Of a stretch of 64,000 nucleotides of DNA, positions 49,022 to 58,225 are shown in pieces (within the stretch, counting starts at the first letter, position 1; every line of letters begins with the position of its first letter). The notes beneath the pieces were generated by a model, which saw only the letters and a program-made list of their open reading frames with translations, was not told where the DNA came from and did no database searches. The translations under genes were made by a program, and so were the position numbers. Source of the DNA: a virus (lineage: Duplodnaviria > Caudoviricetes); IMG/VR virus record IMGVR_UViG_3300011871_000002, positions 32,001 through 96,000 of that record; one strand, 5' to 3'.

Positions 49022-49568
49022 GTTTCTTGTCACTCTTCTCACGAGGGGTAGCAGGAAACGTTTTATGTTCGATTAAGGAGATTTGAATTATGGCCAATGT
49101 TACCCCATATGGTGTTGATCCTGAAAAGGACAACGCTATTTTGCGTTTTCCTACTGGATTGACTGATTCGGAAGAACATCAAGGCCTCAAGAAACTCATG
49201 CAATTACAATTACAGGCACTAGAACCTAATTTCTTGCTGGAAACCAACCCAAGAGGTGTTCGACTCAAATGCCTACCAATTCCCGCAGTCACGAGCGGCT
49301 TTACCACTATGCTGACAGCGTGGATCACACAGCTTGTCATGAATCCTGCACGTAATCTGCCGCGACAAGATATCGCAACCGACCCTAAGCACTACTCGCT
49401 CAGTGTCTTTTCGAAAGGAATTGTGTTTGTCAATATTGTTCCACTGACAAATACTCCTGACGAGGAAGGTTTCTTTTTGTTCTCGTGCGGTGACGCCGTA
49501 ATAGTCTAAGGTTTATGGGTTTCCTGCTACTCTTCGTTAAGAGGGGTAGCAGGAAACGTTTTATGCCG
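49022..49568 (+). repeat. Direct-repeat hairpins flanking ORF 49090-49509
   Basis: GAGGGGTAGCAGGAAACGTTTTATG identical at 49043-49067 and 49541-49565. Confidence 0.8.
49090..49509 (+). CDS. Hypothetical protein
   Basis: 139 aa, TAAGGAG RBS, lower GC. Confidence 0.75.
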   Translation: MANVTPYGVDPEKDNAILRFPTGLTDSEEHQGLKKLMQLQLQALEPNFLLETNPRGVRLKCLPIPAVTSGFTTMLTAWITQLVMNPARNLPRQDIATDPKHYSLSVFSKGIVFVNIVPLTNTPDEEGFFLFSCGDAVIV

Positions 49569-49634
49569 TGTAATAAAAAACACCATGCACCTATTTTATG
49601 GAGGGGTACCCCTCCCTGTTTAAGGAAAAAAGAG

Positions 49635-50003
49635 ATGAAACCACACGCATGGATCATCCAGAACTTAAGCGGGTACTTGGCTTACCTTGAACCTGTATTA
49701 ACAAACGTACTGAAAGACTATCCAGCGGTTGAACGGAAGGAATTCATCCAGTGGGTAGTACGGCGCGAGCTGACAGAAATCTATTGTCTTTACGAGATGG
49801 AGAACTTCTGCTTTCCTTACGAGTATTTCAAGGTGTACCAAGCGCTTGCTGATTCTGTCGACTTCAATATCCAAGCCTGCTTTAGTCATTACTTCAAGGC
49901 ACCACACTTATTCGACAGCAGTAACGCCATCAGGATAAAATTCTACCCCAACAATGTAGTTTGTGTTGGGTACCTAACAAACCAAACGAAGTACGTACCC
50001 TGA
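49635..50003 (+). CDS. Hypothetical protein (possible paralog-array member)
   Basis: ATG 49635 with TAAGGA RBS. Confidence 0.65.
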   Translation: MKPHAWIIQNLSGYLAYLEPVLTNVLKDYPAVERKEFIQWVVRRELTEIYCLYEMENFCFPYEYFKVYQALADSVDFNIQACFSHYFKAPHLFDSSNAIRIKFYPNNVVCVGYLTNQTKYVP

Positions 50004-50004
50004 C

Positions 50005-50772
50005 ATGTTGCCATCCAAATATCCAACCAAGAAAACCGCGATCATCGAACTCTTGCCGTACGCGCAGATGTTCCATGATCAGTTTGAGAAGTATTTGATT
50101 TCACCAGCACCGGGCGTGTATGTACGAGGGGAAATCGCACCGCGCATGCGTGCTGGCACGGTGTATCGCCAAACCGTGGTGAGTGACGCGCCAGACGGCA
50201 AGGGCGTGAAAGCAGAAGTGCCGGTCACGTATCTGGATATCGACCAGATCGAAAGCCCGGTGTTTGACGACGTCGGAGAAGTCGTCATCGGGTCGCGTCA
50301 CCTGCATCTGCTCTCCTCGACTCCAACCGCGCCGGCCGTGGCATTGCAATTGATTTACAAGCTCATGGACTTCGAACTGGAAAAGCTCCAAGAGTGGACG
50401 AGTTACGGTCGTGGCCTCGGTCGACCCAAGCTGGCTATCGATGGTGACCGTGTCGTGGAAATCGAGCCTGAACACCGGCAGTACGATCTCATCATGAAGT
50501 TTTTGAACCAAGCAACGATTGATGAGTTGCGCCGAGTGTATGGGGAATTCGAGTACCAGAATAGTGCCGGCGACGTGATGGTTGATCTGCTCGAAGACAT
50601 GATCAAGTCGCTCGCAACGCTACGCATGAAGGTGGCGTCGTTCGTGGGTGACGACAACTGGTGCGTGCATTTCATGCACATGGACCATCCCCATACGCTC
50701 GTGATCAACAAGAGCGTCGATTACCGGATCATCGACTGGCATGTCAAGAACAATGTGCCGGTGGACTACTAA
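50005..50772 (+). CDS. Conserved hypothetical protein
   Basis: 255 aa; C-terminal DYRIIDW. Confidence 0.75.
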   Translation: MLPSKYPTKKTAIIELLPYAQMFHDQFEKYLISPAPGVYVRGEIAPRMRAGTVYRQTVVSDAPDGKGVKAEVPVTYLDIDQIESPVFDDVGEVVIGSRHLHLLSSTPTAPAVALQLIYKLMDFELEKLQEWTSYGRGLGRPKLAIDGDRVVEIEPEHRQYDLIMKFLNQATIDELRRVYGEFEYQNSAGDVMVDLLEDMIKSLATLRMKVASFVGDDNWCVHFMHMDHPHTLVINKSVDYRIIDWHVKNNVPVDY

Positions 50773-50784
50773 GAAGGAACTAGC

Positions 50785-51243
50785 ATGAAAAAGCGCAGGG
50801 CTGTGTTGTTAGATTTGACCGGCCCTGTGGCCGTGCTTGCTCAGGATTTTTACGAATGGGCGATCACTTATGTGAGTAATCCGGCCTGGGTGTCGTCGCC
50901 TTTTGCCATGATCCAGACCGAGATGTTCCGGCACTTCATCGAGTCGGTGCTCTACGAGATTTTCAAGGAACACCACCATTCGCTGCTTATCGATGTGGAA
51001 CCGGAGTCGAACAAGTTTTTGCGTGAGCAAGGCATGCCACAGGAACTCGTGCTCAAGCTCAAGTGTGAATTTCTCAATAGCGTATTGGCCATCATCTACC
51101 GTGCCTTGCCTGACATTTACTTTGCGGAAATCGAAGCTTGTGATTACGGTTTGACAAATAGCAGTACGCTCATGATTCATATCAACGAAGACGCCGATCA
51201 GCCGATGTTTTTGGCAGCAACACCACCGCCTTCGCGTGTTTAA
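50785..51243 (+). CDS. Hypothetical protein (possible paralog-array member)
   Basis: 152 aa, AAGGA RBS. Confidence 0.7.
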   Translation: MKKRRAVLLDLTGPVAVLAQDFYEWAITYVSNPAWVSSPFAMIQTEMFRHFIESVLYEIFKEHHHSLLIDVEPESNKFLREQGMPQELVLKLKCEFLNSVLAIIYRALPDIYFAEIEACDYGLTNSSTLMIHINEDADQPMFLAATPPPSRV

Positions 51244-51289
51244 TATCCCCCACCGCAGCTTGTTTAGTGCGGTGGCTTAGGAGAATTCC

Positions 51290-51784
51290 ATGATCAATGT
51301 TTTTATTCTGGATTGTCATGATGCCATCAAACAGTTTGTAGGAGAGACAGTGGATTTGGATTTTCCTGTCATTGAAATGCCTACCATTATGCGAGATGTG
51401 ATGGCGGTTTTGGAAAATGAAGAACCCGAAGCCACCGATCTTCATAGCGCAGCCTGCCACTACATTTATGACCATACCGGCCACATCGATCACTTTGATC
51501 CGTATGTGTACGAAGGTATGGAAGATCGTCTTTATTCCGCAATGTTAAAGCTGGCTGGCCGCGTTAGAAATAAACTGCGTCACCACCATGCGTATGCAGA
51601 CGGCCACTTCCCATTTACTTTTACGAAATTCGTCAACGATGGCACATTCATACTCACCCGAAAACGAGAAGCAGACGGCTCCTTCGCACATCATCCTCGA
51701 CACACGGGTGATGCTGAACGAGCTGATGCCGATCATGATGCCGTATCTAGAAGAAACCGAGAGCGCGCCTACGCGTACCGCTAA
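51290..51784 (+). CDS. Hypothetical protein (paralog-array member)
   Basis: 164 aa, AGGAG RBS. Confidence 0.7.
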   Translation: MINVFILDCHDAIKQFVGETVDLDFPVIEMPTIMRDVMAVLENEEPEATDLHSAACHYIYDHTGHIDHFDPYVYEGMEDRLYSAMLKLAGRVRNKLRHHHAYADGHFPFTFTKFVNDGTFILTRKREADGSFAHHPRHTGDAERADADHDAVSRRNRERAYAYR

Positions 51785-52112
51785 GCAGTTCTGGCGGGAA
51801 GACATGGACAAGGTGCTGACTGAGATCATCCAGATCATCGCATTCAAGAAGGATGCCGAACTGTCGCTCCAGTACGAGAGCATGCAGATTGTGCAAGAAG
51901 CCATGCAAGAGCGCGACATTGCCCAAGTAGTGGAGTACACCCGCTTCTTGGTCAATCTTGGCATGGCCTTGGTCGGCAAACTCCAGTGCATCGGTGCGTA
52001 CAGTCACGGTAAGCTGATGTATGCGTACAAGTGCATGCAAAACGAAAATATCGTGCTGGAGCATGTGTTGTTCACTCCCCGTGACCAAGATGCACCCCAC
52101 GCCACCAGTTAG
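51639..52112 (+). CDS. Hypothetical protein (paralog-array member); start uncertain
   Basis: IILD and AYSHGKLMY motifs shared with neighbours. Confidence 0.65.
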   Translation: MAHSYSPENEKQTAPSHIILDTRVMLNELMPIMMPYLEETESAPTRTAKQFWREDMDKVLTEIIQIIAFKKDAELSLQYESMQIVQEAMQERDIAQVVEYTRFLVNLGMALVGKLQCIGAYSHGKLMYAYKCMQNENIVLEHVLFTPRDQDAPHATS

Positions 52113-52476
52113 GGTGATCGTAGAAGTGCCGAAGTACTATTTTGTCTTTCTGACCCACTTCTACGACTCCCCGCCATGTATCGAAGATTTTCAAGAACTG
52201 TTGCGGCAAATCTTAAACGAGATGCTCAACTACCCGTATGAAAAGGTTATTCAGCATGTGGGGTTTCTCATCCCTGACGCCAATCTTATGCGAGACAAGC
52301 GATTACAGCAAAGTGCTGTACACGCCAATCATTTAACTTTGGCAACGGCAGAAATCACTGCCATGCTGTGCAATTTCTTCCGCAGTGCCGACTTGTTCGA
52401 TATTGACGGAACATTGCCCTATACCCCACATACCGTAGACCAAGATGTCATGGTACTGCACTACGTGGGGGAGTGA
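52090..52476 (+). CDS. Hypothetical protein (paralog-array member)
   Basis: LFDIDGTLPY motif; overlaps the previous stop. Confidence 0.6.
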   Translation: MHPTPPVRVIVEVPKYYFVFLTHFYDSPPCIEDFQELLRQILNEMLNYPYEKVIQHVGFLIPDANLMRDKRLQQSAVHANHLTLATAEITAMLCNFFRSADLFDIDGTLPYTPHTVDQDVMVLHYVGE

Positions 52477-52501
52477 ATAACCATTTCTTCAGGAAACTAT
52501 A

Positions 52502-52909
52502 ATGGCTGCCCCATTTGAAATCGATAGCGTTTATTCGTTTGACCTTTGGCCAGCTGCGGTCTTGGGTTCCAGCCACAAGAACGTCACTTGCATGGGGGTG
52601 ATGACCGAGCGCAGCGCAATTCGTCTGGGTTGTAATACCCGCGAACTGCATGCGCAGGTCTATTCATCCCTGCCCGCAGGTACGCCGAATAATCCGGCCG
52701 CCTACAGTTACGCCGAGTTCAAAACTGAACTGGGTGTGAGTTTTATCGTAGGCATTCCTTGGATCAAGGAAGCCAGCATCCAGAAAATTCTGTCACGTTC
52801 GTATAACGTCAAAGTGGGTAACACGACCGCCGAAGACTTGCCACGTCTGCGTAACGCGTTGCTCACGAGTGGCTTCAAGGATTTTGTCATCGAACTGGCT
52901 GAAGACTAA
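52502..52909 (+). CDS. Conserved phiKZ-like protein upstream of the DNA polymerase
   Basis: 135 aa, AGGA RBS; YSFDLWPAAVLG and GIPWI motifs. Confidence 0.7.
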   Translation: MAAPFEIDSVYSFDLWPAAVLGSSHKNVTCMGVMTERSAIRLGCNTRELHAQVYSSLPAGTPNNPAAYSYAEFKTELGVSFIVGIPWIKEASIQKILSRSYNVKVGNTTAEDLPRLRNALLTSGFKDFVIELAED

Positions 52910-52993
52910 GAACAGTGCGCTGTATGTTATGCGCAAACAAAACGTGGTAGGAACGCTTGGTTTTTTTACTGGGTTACTACATGTTTTGAGTAG

Positions 52994-53246
52994 TAAGAGG
53001 GGTTAGGCTGACCCCGCTGCTCACCCCTAGCACCAGCTGTCTCTCCCACGCTAGGGGCGAGAACCTCTTAACGCATGGAGGATGCCAACAAACACCGCCA
53101 ATGCCCGATAGCTCGTCATTCCTTCTTCAGCGAGTTAGTCCTAATCGATCGACTAGGCGCTTGCGCTTTGCCTGTTTCCCCCTCTTTCCAGGCGAATTGA
53201 TGCGCGCTACGGTTGACGGGTGGCGTGGTTTGTGACGTGATGCGTT
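52994..53246 (+). ncRNA. Candidate structured ncRNA (two domains)
   Basis: Nested complementary stems in an ORF-free gap followed by a terminator. Confidence 0.55.
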
Positions 53247-53248
53247 TT

Positions 53249-53294
53249 AGGGGACAGGGCTTTCGGGTCCTGTCCTCATTTTTTCTTTTATGCC
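53249..53294 (+). terminator. Terminator followed by TTATGCCG
   Basis: GGACAGGGC/GTCCTGTCC stem plus T-tract. Confidence 0.8.
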
Positions 53295-53363
53295 GCATGC
53301 TTCTTTTTTTGCAAAAAATACCCGCAGTAGTAATCTTGTGTTACCGTAAAGGAGTTTCCCAGA

Positions 53364-55529
53364 ATGAACGCACTAGCCGACAATCCATTTGTTCTGCCTA
53401 TCGAGGCGTACACCCGCGACCTCGACGTAGTGAAGCATTACAAATCCGATGCTGCCTGCTATTTGTCGATCATGTCTGGTCGCCCAGTCGAACACTGCGC
53501 GGCGTGGATCGAGAAACAACTGGCCAAGGGTGGCAAGTTCGAATTCAAAGACCCCAAAGTGATGTTCCTGCACCGTCAGGAAAATGGCGACCGCATCAAG
53601 CGTGCCATGCCATTCATGGGTTACCTCAACGAAGCGATCCGTAACCAAGAATTGATCGCAGCTACCTTTACCACGTATATTCATCCGTCGAAGAAGCAAT
53701 CACTCCTCGTGGACTATATCGACGATAACGTGGCAATGCGCAGCAAAGCCAAGAAGGCGATGTTCGCCGCCGATGCTGCCGGCGACAAGGCCACGGCAGT
53801 GCTCAAGAAGATCGAGCAGAATAACCGCAAGATCCGTAACAACGCTATTTCCGGCTCACACGTGACTCCGTCCACTCCGATGTATAACCCGACCGGTCAC
53901 AGCACCCTGACCTCGACCTGCCGTGTCACATCTGGTTATGGCAACGTCAACAACGAAAAACTGGTGGCAGGCAATCGCCATTACTGGTCACCGCAGATAG
54001 TAGTCAACAACATTATCTCCATCGTCAACCACAGTGACTACCAGGCCATCCGCGCGGTGATGGAAAAGTACGACCTGCATTATCCAACAACGGATGAGAC
54101 GATGGCGTGCATTCGGTATTCGACCGACCTGTACTGGCCGCGTAACCTCCAAGCACTGGCGCGCATTCGTCTGTTGGTCGACAAACTCACTCCGATCCAG
54201 CGCGCTGCATTCATGTACACGGGTGATATGTATCACCTCATGAAGCACAATGAAGCATTCGTGCGTTCGTTCCTGGATCAGTTGTCGTATCGTCCGAGCG
54301 AACCCCATGCGCATCCAGAAAAAATCATTTCTAAGGTGCGAGGCGACTATCTGAATCTGGCCGGCGTCATTTGTGCTGACATCATCATGGCGGTCAACCC
54401 TGGCAAAAACCAAGAACCGCCGTATGCGAACCTGAAAGGCACCCACGTCTATGGCATCATTGCTGCCACGTCGGAAAATATCGCCAACGTGCTGCAAAAG
54501 TATGCGGACCTGATCAAAGCGTTCTGGGTGACATCTAACGTACCAGCATCTTTGGCCAAACTGCCAGATAGCATCCGTCGTGTGGCACTCGTGTCCGATA
54601 CTGACTCGACCATTTTCACGGTTCAGGATTGGGTGATCTGGCACCAAGGCCGCCCTGGCTTTGACCCCAAGTGTAAAGCCATCGGTGGCTGCATGATCTT
54701 CTTGGCGTCGCAAACCGTCACACACATCCTGGCCAAGATGTCGGCGAACTTTGGTATCGAGCAAAAGCGCTTGTTCCAAATCGCCATGAAGAACGAGTAC
54801 TACTTTGACGTGTTCGTCCCGACCCGTGTGGCTAAGCACTACTATGCGATCAAGTCGGTACAGGAAGGTCAAATCTTTGCCAAACTCAAAGACGAGATCA
54901 AGGGTGTGCACCTGAAGTCCTCCAACGTGTCCAAAGAAGTCATCGAGGAAGCTGCGGTGATGATGCGCGACATCATGGATTTGGTTATGAATGAGCAAAA
55001 GATCAATTTGCTCACCATGGTCCAGCGCGTAGCGGATATTGAACGTCGGGTGATTGCGACCATCAAGCGTGGCGACGAAGATTATTTTAAGTCGACCCAG
55101 ATCAAGGCTGCTGAATCGTACACCAAGGCCAAAGAGGATTCGCCTTTCCAGCACCATACCTTCTGGCAAGAAGTGTTCGCACCCAAGTACGGCTATGCAG
55201 AAGAACCGCCGTATGCAGTGCTGAAGATTTCGGTGGACTTGTCCTCGAACGTGAAGATGCGCCAGTGGATGGACGGCTTTAAGGATCGCGCATTAGCCGA
55301 TCGTATGGAGAAGTATATTGCGAAGACTGGTAAGATGAAGAACATCACCACCTTCCAGTTGCCGCAACCGGTCATCGCCCAGTGCGGCATTCCGGAAGAA
55401 ATCTTCGAAATGATCAACTACCGCCGCATCGTCATGGATACCGTCAAGGTGATGTACCTCGTCCTCGAAACATTAGGTTTTTATATGGCCAATGATCGTA
55501 TCACCAAACTCGTCAGTGACGATTATTAA
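53364..55529 (+). CDS. Family B DNA polymerase, catalytic subunit (phiKZ gp50-like split polymerase)
   Basis: KIRNNAISG (motif B), SDTDS (motif C), KHYY and KGV; AAGGAG RBS. Confidence 0.88.
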   Translation: MNALADNPFVLPIEAYTRDLDVVKHYKSDAACYLSIMSGRPVEHCAAWIEKQLAKGGKFEFKDPKVMFLHRQENGDRIKRAMPFMGYLNEAIRNQELIAATFTTYIHPSKKQSLLVDYIDDNVAMRSKAKKAMFAADAAGDKATAVLKKIEQNNRKIRNNAISGSHVTPSTPMYNPTGHSTLTSTCRVTSGYGNVNNEKLVAGNRHYWSPQIVVNNIISIVNHSDYQAIRAVMEKYDLHYPTTDETMACIRYSTDLYWPRNLQALARIRLLVDKLTPIQRAAFMYTGDMYHLMKHNEAFVRSFLDQLSYRPSEPHAHPEKIISKVRGDYLNLAGVICADIIMAVNPGKNQEPPYANLKGTHVYGIIAATSENIANVLQKYADLIKAFWVTSNVPASLAKLPDSIRRVALVSDTDSTIFTVQDWVIWHQGRPGFDPKCKAIGGCMIFLASQTVTHILAKMSANFGIEQKRLFQIAMKNEYYFDVFVPTRVAKHYYAIKSVQEGQIFAKLKDEIKGVHLKSSNVSKEVIEEAAVMMRDIMDLVMNEQKINLLTMVQRVADIERRVIATIKRGDEDYFKSTQIKAAESYTKAKEDSPFQHHTFWQEVFAPKYGYAEEPPYAVLKISVDLSSNVKMRQWMDGFKDRALADRMEKYIAKTGKMKNITTFQLPQPVIAQCGIPEEIFEMINYRRIVMDTVKVMYLVLETLGFYMANDRITKLVSDDY

Positions 55530-55543
55530 TAGTAGGTTATTTT

Positions 55544-55556
55544 AATTACATATCAC
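55544..55556 (+). promoter_or_regulatory. Putative early promoter AATTACATATCAC
   Basis: Motif copy upstream of the GIY-YIG gene. Confidence 0.6.
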
Positions 55557-55593
55557 CTCAGTGAAACTAACACTTTCACTGAGGAATATTTCC

Positions 55594-56271
55594 ATGATAG
55601 AAAACTTTCGAGCATTTCCGGAATTCAACGAAGGAAAAATATGCGGCGTGTATGTTCTTGTTCATGTCGCTAGTGGGAACTGGTACATAGGTAGCTCTGA
55701 TGATTTGTATTCACGCCGAGCTAACCACGAAAGCCAGTTACGTCGCGGTGTGCATTATAATCACGCACTTCAAGAAGCATACAACATACACAATCAAATT
55801 GACTATATCTGTCTTCATACCCCTACGCGCGACATTGCGTTTGAGATAGAAGAAATGATTATTCAAAGTCATCGCGCATCGGGATTTTTGTTCAACGTTG
55901 CTGATGATGTATATTCCCCTAACAAAGGAAGAGTCTTTTCGGAAGAAACCCGGAGAAAAATCAGCGAAGCAAGAACCGGCATGACACTTTCTCCGGATCA
56001 TGTAGAGAAAGTCAGATTGGCCAATATCGGTAAGAAACGCACGCCTGAGTTTTGTGAACAGATGCGTCAACTTAACATCGGCAGAGAACGTACTCCTGTC
56101 CAGCTGGAAACGATGCGGAAGTACAACACCGAGATATCAAAGAAAGTATCTGTTGACGGTATTATTTATGAAAGTATGAGCGCGGCGGCTCGCGCGCACG
56201 AAGTAGCTGTATCTACTGTCAGGCAACGTGTTAATAGCCAAAATTTTCATAATTGGAAAAATGCTGAATAA
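55594..56271 (+). CDS. Free-standing GIY-YIG homing endonuclease with NUMOD3 repeats
   Basis: GVYVL...WYIGSS, RRANH, GRVFSEETRRKISEA repeats, C-terminal HTH; GAGGA RBS. Confidence 0.9.
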   Translation: MIENFRAFPEFNEGKICGVYVLVHVASGNWYIGSSDDLYSRRANHESQLRRGVHYNHALQEAYNIHNQIDYICLHTPTRDIAFEIEEMIIQSHRASGFLFNVADDVYSPNKGRVFSEETRRKISEARTGMTLSPDHVEKVRLANIGKKRTPEFCEQMRQLNIGRERTPVQLETMRKYNTEISKKVSVDGIIYESMSAAARAHEVAVSTVRQRVNSQNFHNWKNAE

Positions 56272-56286
56272 GAAAAGGAATCACGA

Positions 56287-56469
56287 ATGCAACCAACCAG
56301 CAACGAACACAATAAGGTCGAACCCAAACCCGCGCACAAGCAGGTACCGATCCCCGTTAAACGGGTGCCGCCTGACCACCGTTTGGTCGGCAATGACGAT
56401 CGCGACTACCTCGCGAGCTATACCAGCGTACGGGTGAACTACCACTACGCCGGCCCAGACGGAGCATGA
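56287..56469 (+). CDS. Small hypothetical protein
   Basis: 60 aa, AAGGA RBS. Confidence 0.55.
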   Translation: MQPTSNEHNKVEPKPAHKQVPIPVKRVPPDHRLVGNDDRDYLASYTSVRVNYHYAGPDGA

Positions 56470-56470
56470 G

Positions 56471-56659
56471 ATGAAGATCATTTACGAACAACCCGGCAAG
56501 ATCGTTGACGTCTCCAAAATTGGCGTTACCCCGACAGCCGGTATCGGAACCATCAACCACGGTCTGGACCGGGTCAACCACGAAAAACGCGATGAGCTGC
56601 TGCACAGTGGCCAACTGAGCAAGCGCGGTGAAGACTGGGTCAGGAAGAACCGACCGTAA
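56471..56659 (+). CDS. Small hypothetical protein
   Basis: 62 aa, GGAG RBS, coupled to the previous gene. Confidence 0.55.
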   Translation: MKIIYEQPGKIVDVSKIGVTPTAGIGTINHGLDRVNHEKRDELLHSGQLSKRGEDWVRKNRP

Positions 56660-56880
56660 CTCATGCGGCATCAAGGGGAAACGCTTATGTCAGCTGAAGA
56701 TGACAAAAAAGTTGGAATCTATTCTCCAGCAACCCGGTTCTTTTAATCGTAGCCGCCCTACAGCTAAAGGTGGCTATCTTTGGCCCAAACATTCTTGTGG
56801 ATTTCGCCGTCTTACTGAGAACGGGAAGAGTGAGTGGGTCGCCCCGGAAGAAGTACTGGGTTTGCCAGAAATAAAGTAAG

Positions 56881-56923
56881 CGGCATACAGGAGAGGCAAG
56901 CGCCTCTCCTGTCTTTTATGCCG
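56881..56923. terminator. Bidirectional terminator clamped by CGGCATA/TATGCCG
   Basis: ACAGGAGAGGC/GCCTCTCCTGT stem between convergent genes. Confidence 0.85.
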
Positions 56924-58015
56924 TCAATTGTAGGACTTGTCGAAAATCTCATCGAGTTCAAGTGCTACCTCGATGTAGTCTTCAATCGGCAATACACTGC
57001 TTAGCAAGTTATCAGCCCGGTATGAAGTGATGGCACGGCGTACCGCATTGATTTCTAGTTGGTTGAGAGTATTGACCCGCTCGCGTCCTGCTCGGAACAA
57101 GAATGCAGTGGTTTGGAGCCGCGCTACCAACAGTGCCCAGACCACTTGACGGGTGGCTGGAACATCTGGCATTTCCATGACTTCAGCCATTGTCGGCTTG
57201 ATGGCGGCCGGAATGGTTTTGAGTACCCCCAGAAAGTCTTGGCGCTTCTTGTGGATATACGTCAAGACTTCAGTGTGGACTTCAGTGACGCGCTTGGTAT
57301 AGTCAACCAGAGCAAACGAGTGCTTTAGTTTGCTCTCCCCCAAGGGCGCACCCTTTTGCATGTTGTCGATGCGATTGAAGAGTGCCACATCCAAGTGCGA
57401 AGGCAACATGTTGGGTAACACATACATGCGCAAGAAATGGTACACTGACAGTTGCGCGCTTTCATTGGCAGTAGCAGCTTCATAGTTACAGAAGGCGCGG
57501 TACATGATCGCCAGCATCGGGATGTTGATGGCAATGACGGCCATCCCGGTTTCACTACCCGTATTCTTGCCATCCGGTAGATTCATCATCAAGTCCGAAC
57601 GCGGGTGCTTGAGTACCTTCACCGGCTGCAAGTTGCGCCAATCCTTGTCAGCTTCGTAGATATCGAAGTAGTCGTTATGGGCAAGAAGGATTTCCTTGCA
57701 GCCTTCGCCGTAGAAGATACCCTTGTGCAACACCCCTCTAGAAACAGGTGATGTCAATTTTAACGCACTTGCGGTATTGAATGTACCAGCGTCGACATTC
57801 TCGAAATAGCGCTCCAAGTTCAGTGCATGCGGCACCGTGATCGCATACAGCAGACGAACTAAAAAGTGCGATCCCTGTACTGCTTGGGGATTTCGGCGAT
57901 GGTAGCGCAAGATGACTTCAAGGTTGCGTCTGAGTCCATCTCGCACGTAGGGCCAGTGGACGGACTGCAACACACCGTATTCACTTGGTGGTTTGAGATT
58001 AAACAAAGTACGCAT
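56924..58015 (-). CDS. Conserved phiKZ-like protein divergent from chimallin (gp52-like by position)
   Basis: 363 aa from ATG 58015; synteny. Confidence 0.65.
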   Translation of the reverse strand: MRTLFNLKPPSEYGVLQSVHWPYVRDGLRRNLEVILRYHRRNPQAVQGSHFLVRLLYAITVPHALNLERYFENVDAGTFNTASALKLTSPVSRGVLHKGIFYGEGCKEILLAHNDYFDIYEADKDWRNLQPVKVLKHPRSDLMMNLPDGKNTGSETGMAVIAINIPMLAIMYRAFCNYEAATANESAQLSVYHFLRMYVLPNMLPSHLDVALFNRIDNMQKGAPLGESKLKHSFALVDYTKRVTEVHTEVLTYIHKKRQDFLGVLKTIPAAIKPTMAEVMEMPDVPATRQVVWALLVARLQTTAFLFRAGRERVNTLNQLEINAVRRAITSYRADNLLSSVLPIEDYIEVALELDEIFDKSYN

Positions 58016-58225
58016 GGGGGATTGTCCAGTCGATAGATGAGAGGAAACACATAACATGAATCATCACGCTACTCTCACCACAGAAATGACAGTGCAATAA
58101 TTTTTTACTGTCCAACTGCTATGTTATAGGAATAGACTTGACCGTCTTGCCTACTGCTTCTAGATGCGTCTAGAGGCGGGACCTTAACAAAGGGAGTTAT
58201 GATTTCCATGAATGAAAAAATTCAT

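Noticed and set aside
49022-49568. CRISPR-like repeats
   Set aside because: Only two copies 498 nt apart around a gene; no CRISPR array or cas gene was seen in the window
55530-56290. Intron around the GIY-YIG gene after the DNA polymerase
   Set aside because: The polymerase appears to end naturally, and no group I core or second exon is visible; the same holds for 19669-20559
56628-56879. ORF of 83 aa, or 59 aa from 56700
   Set aside because: The best RBS points to a short ORF in another frame; it may be a degraded gene but cannot be supported
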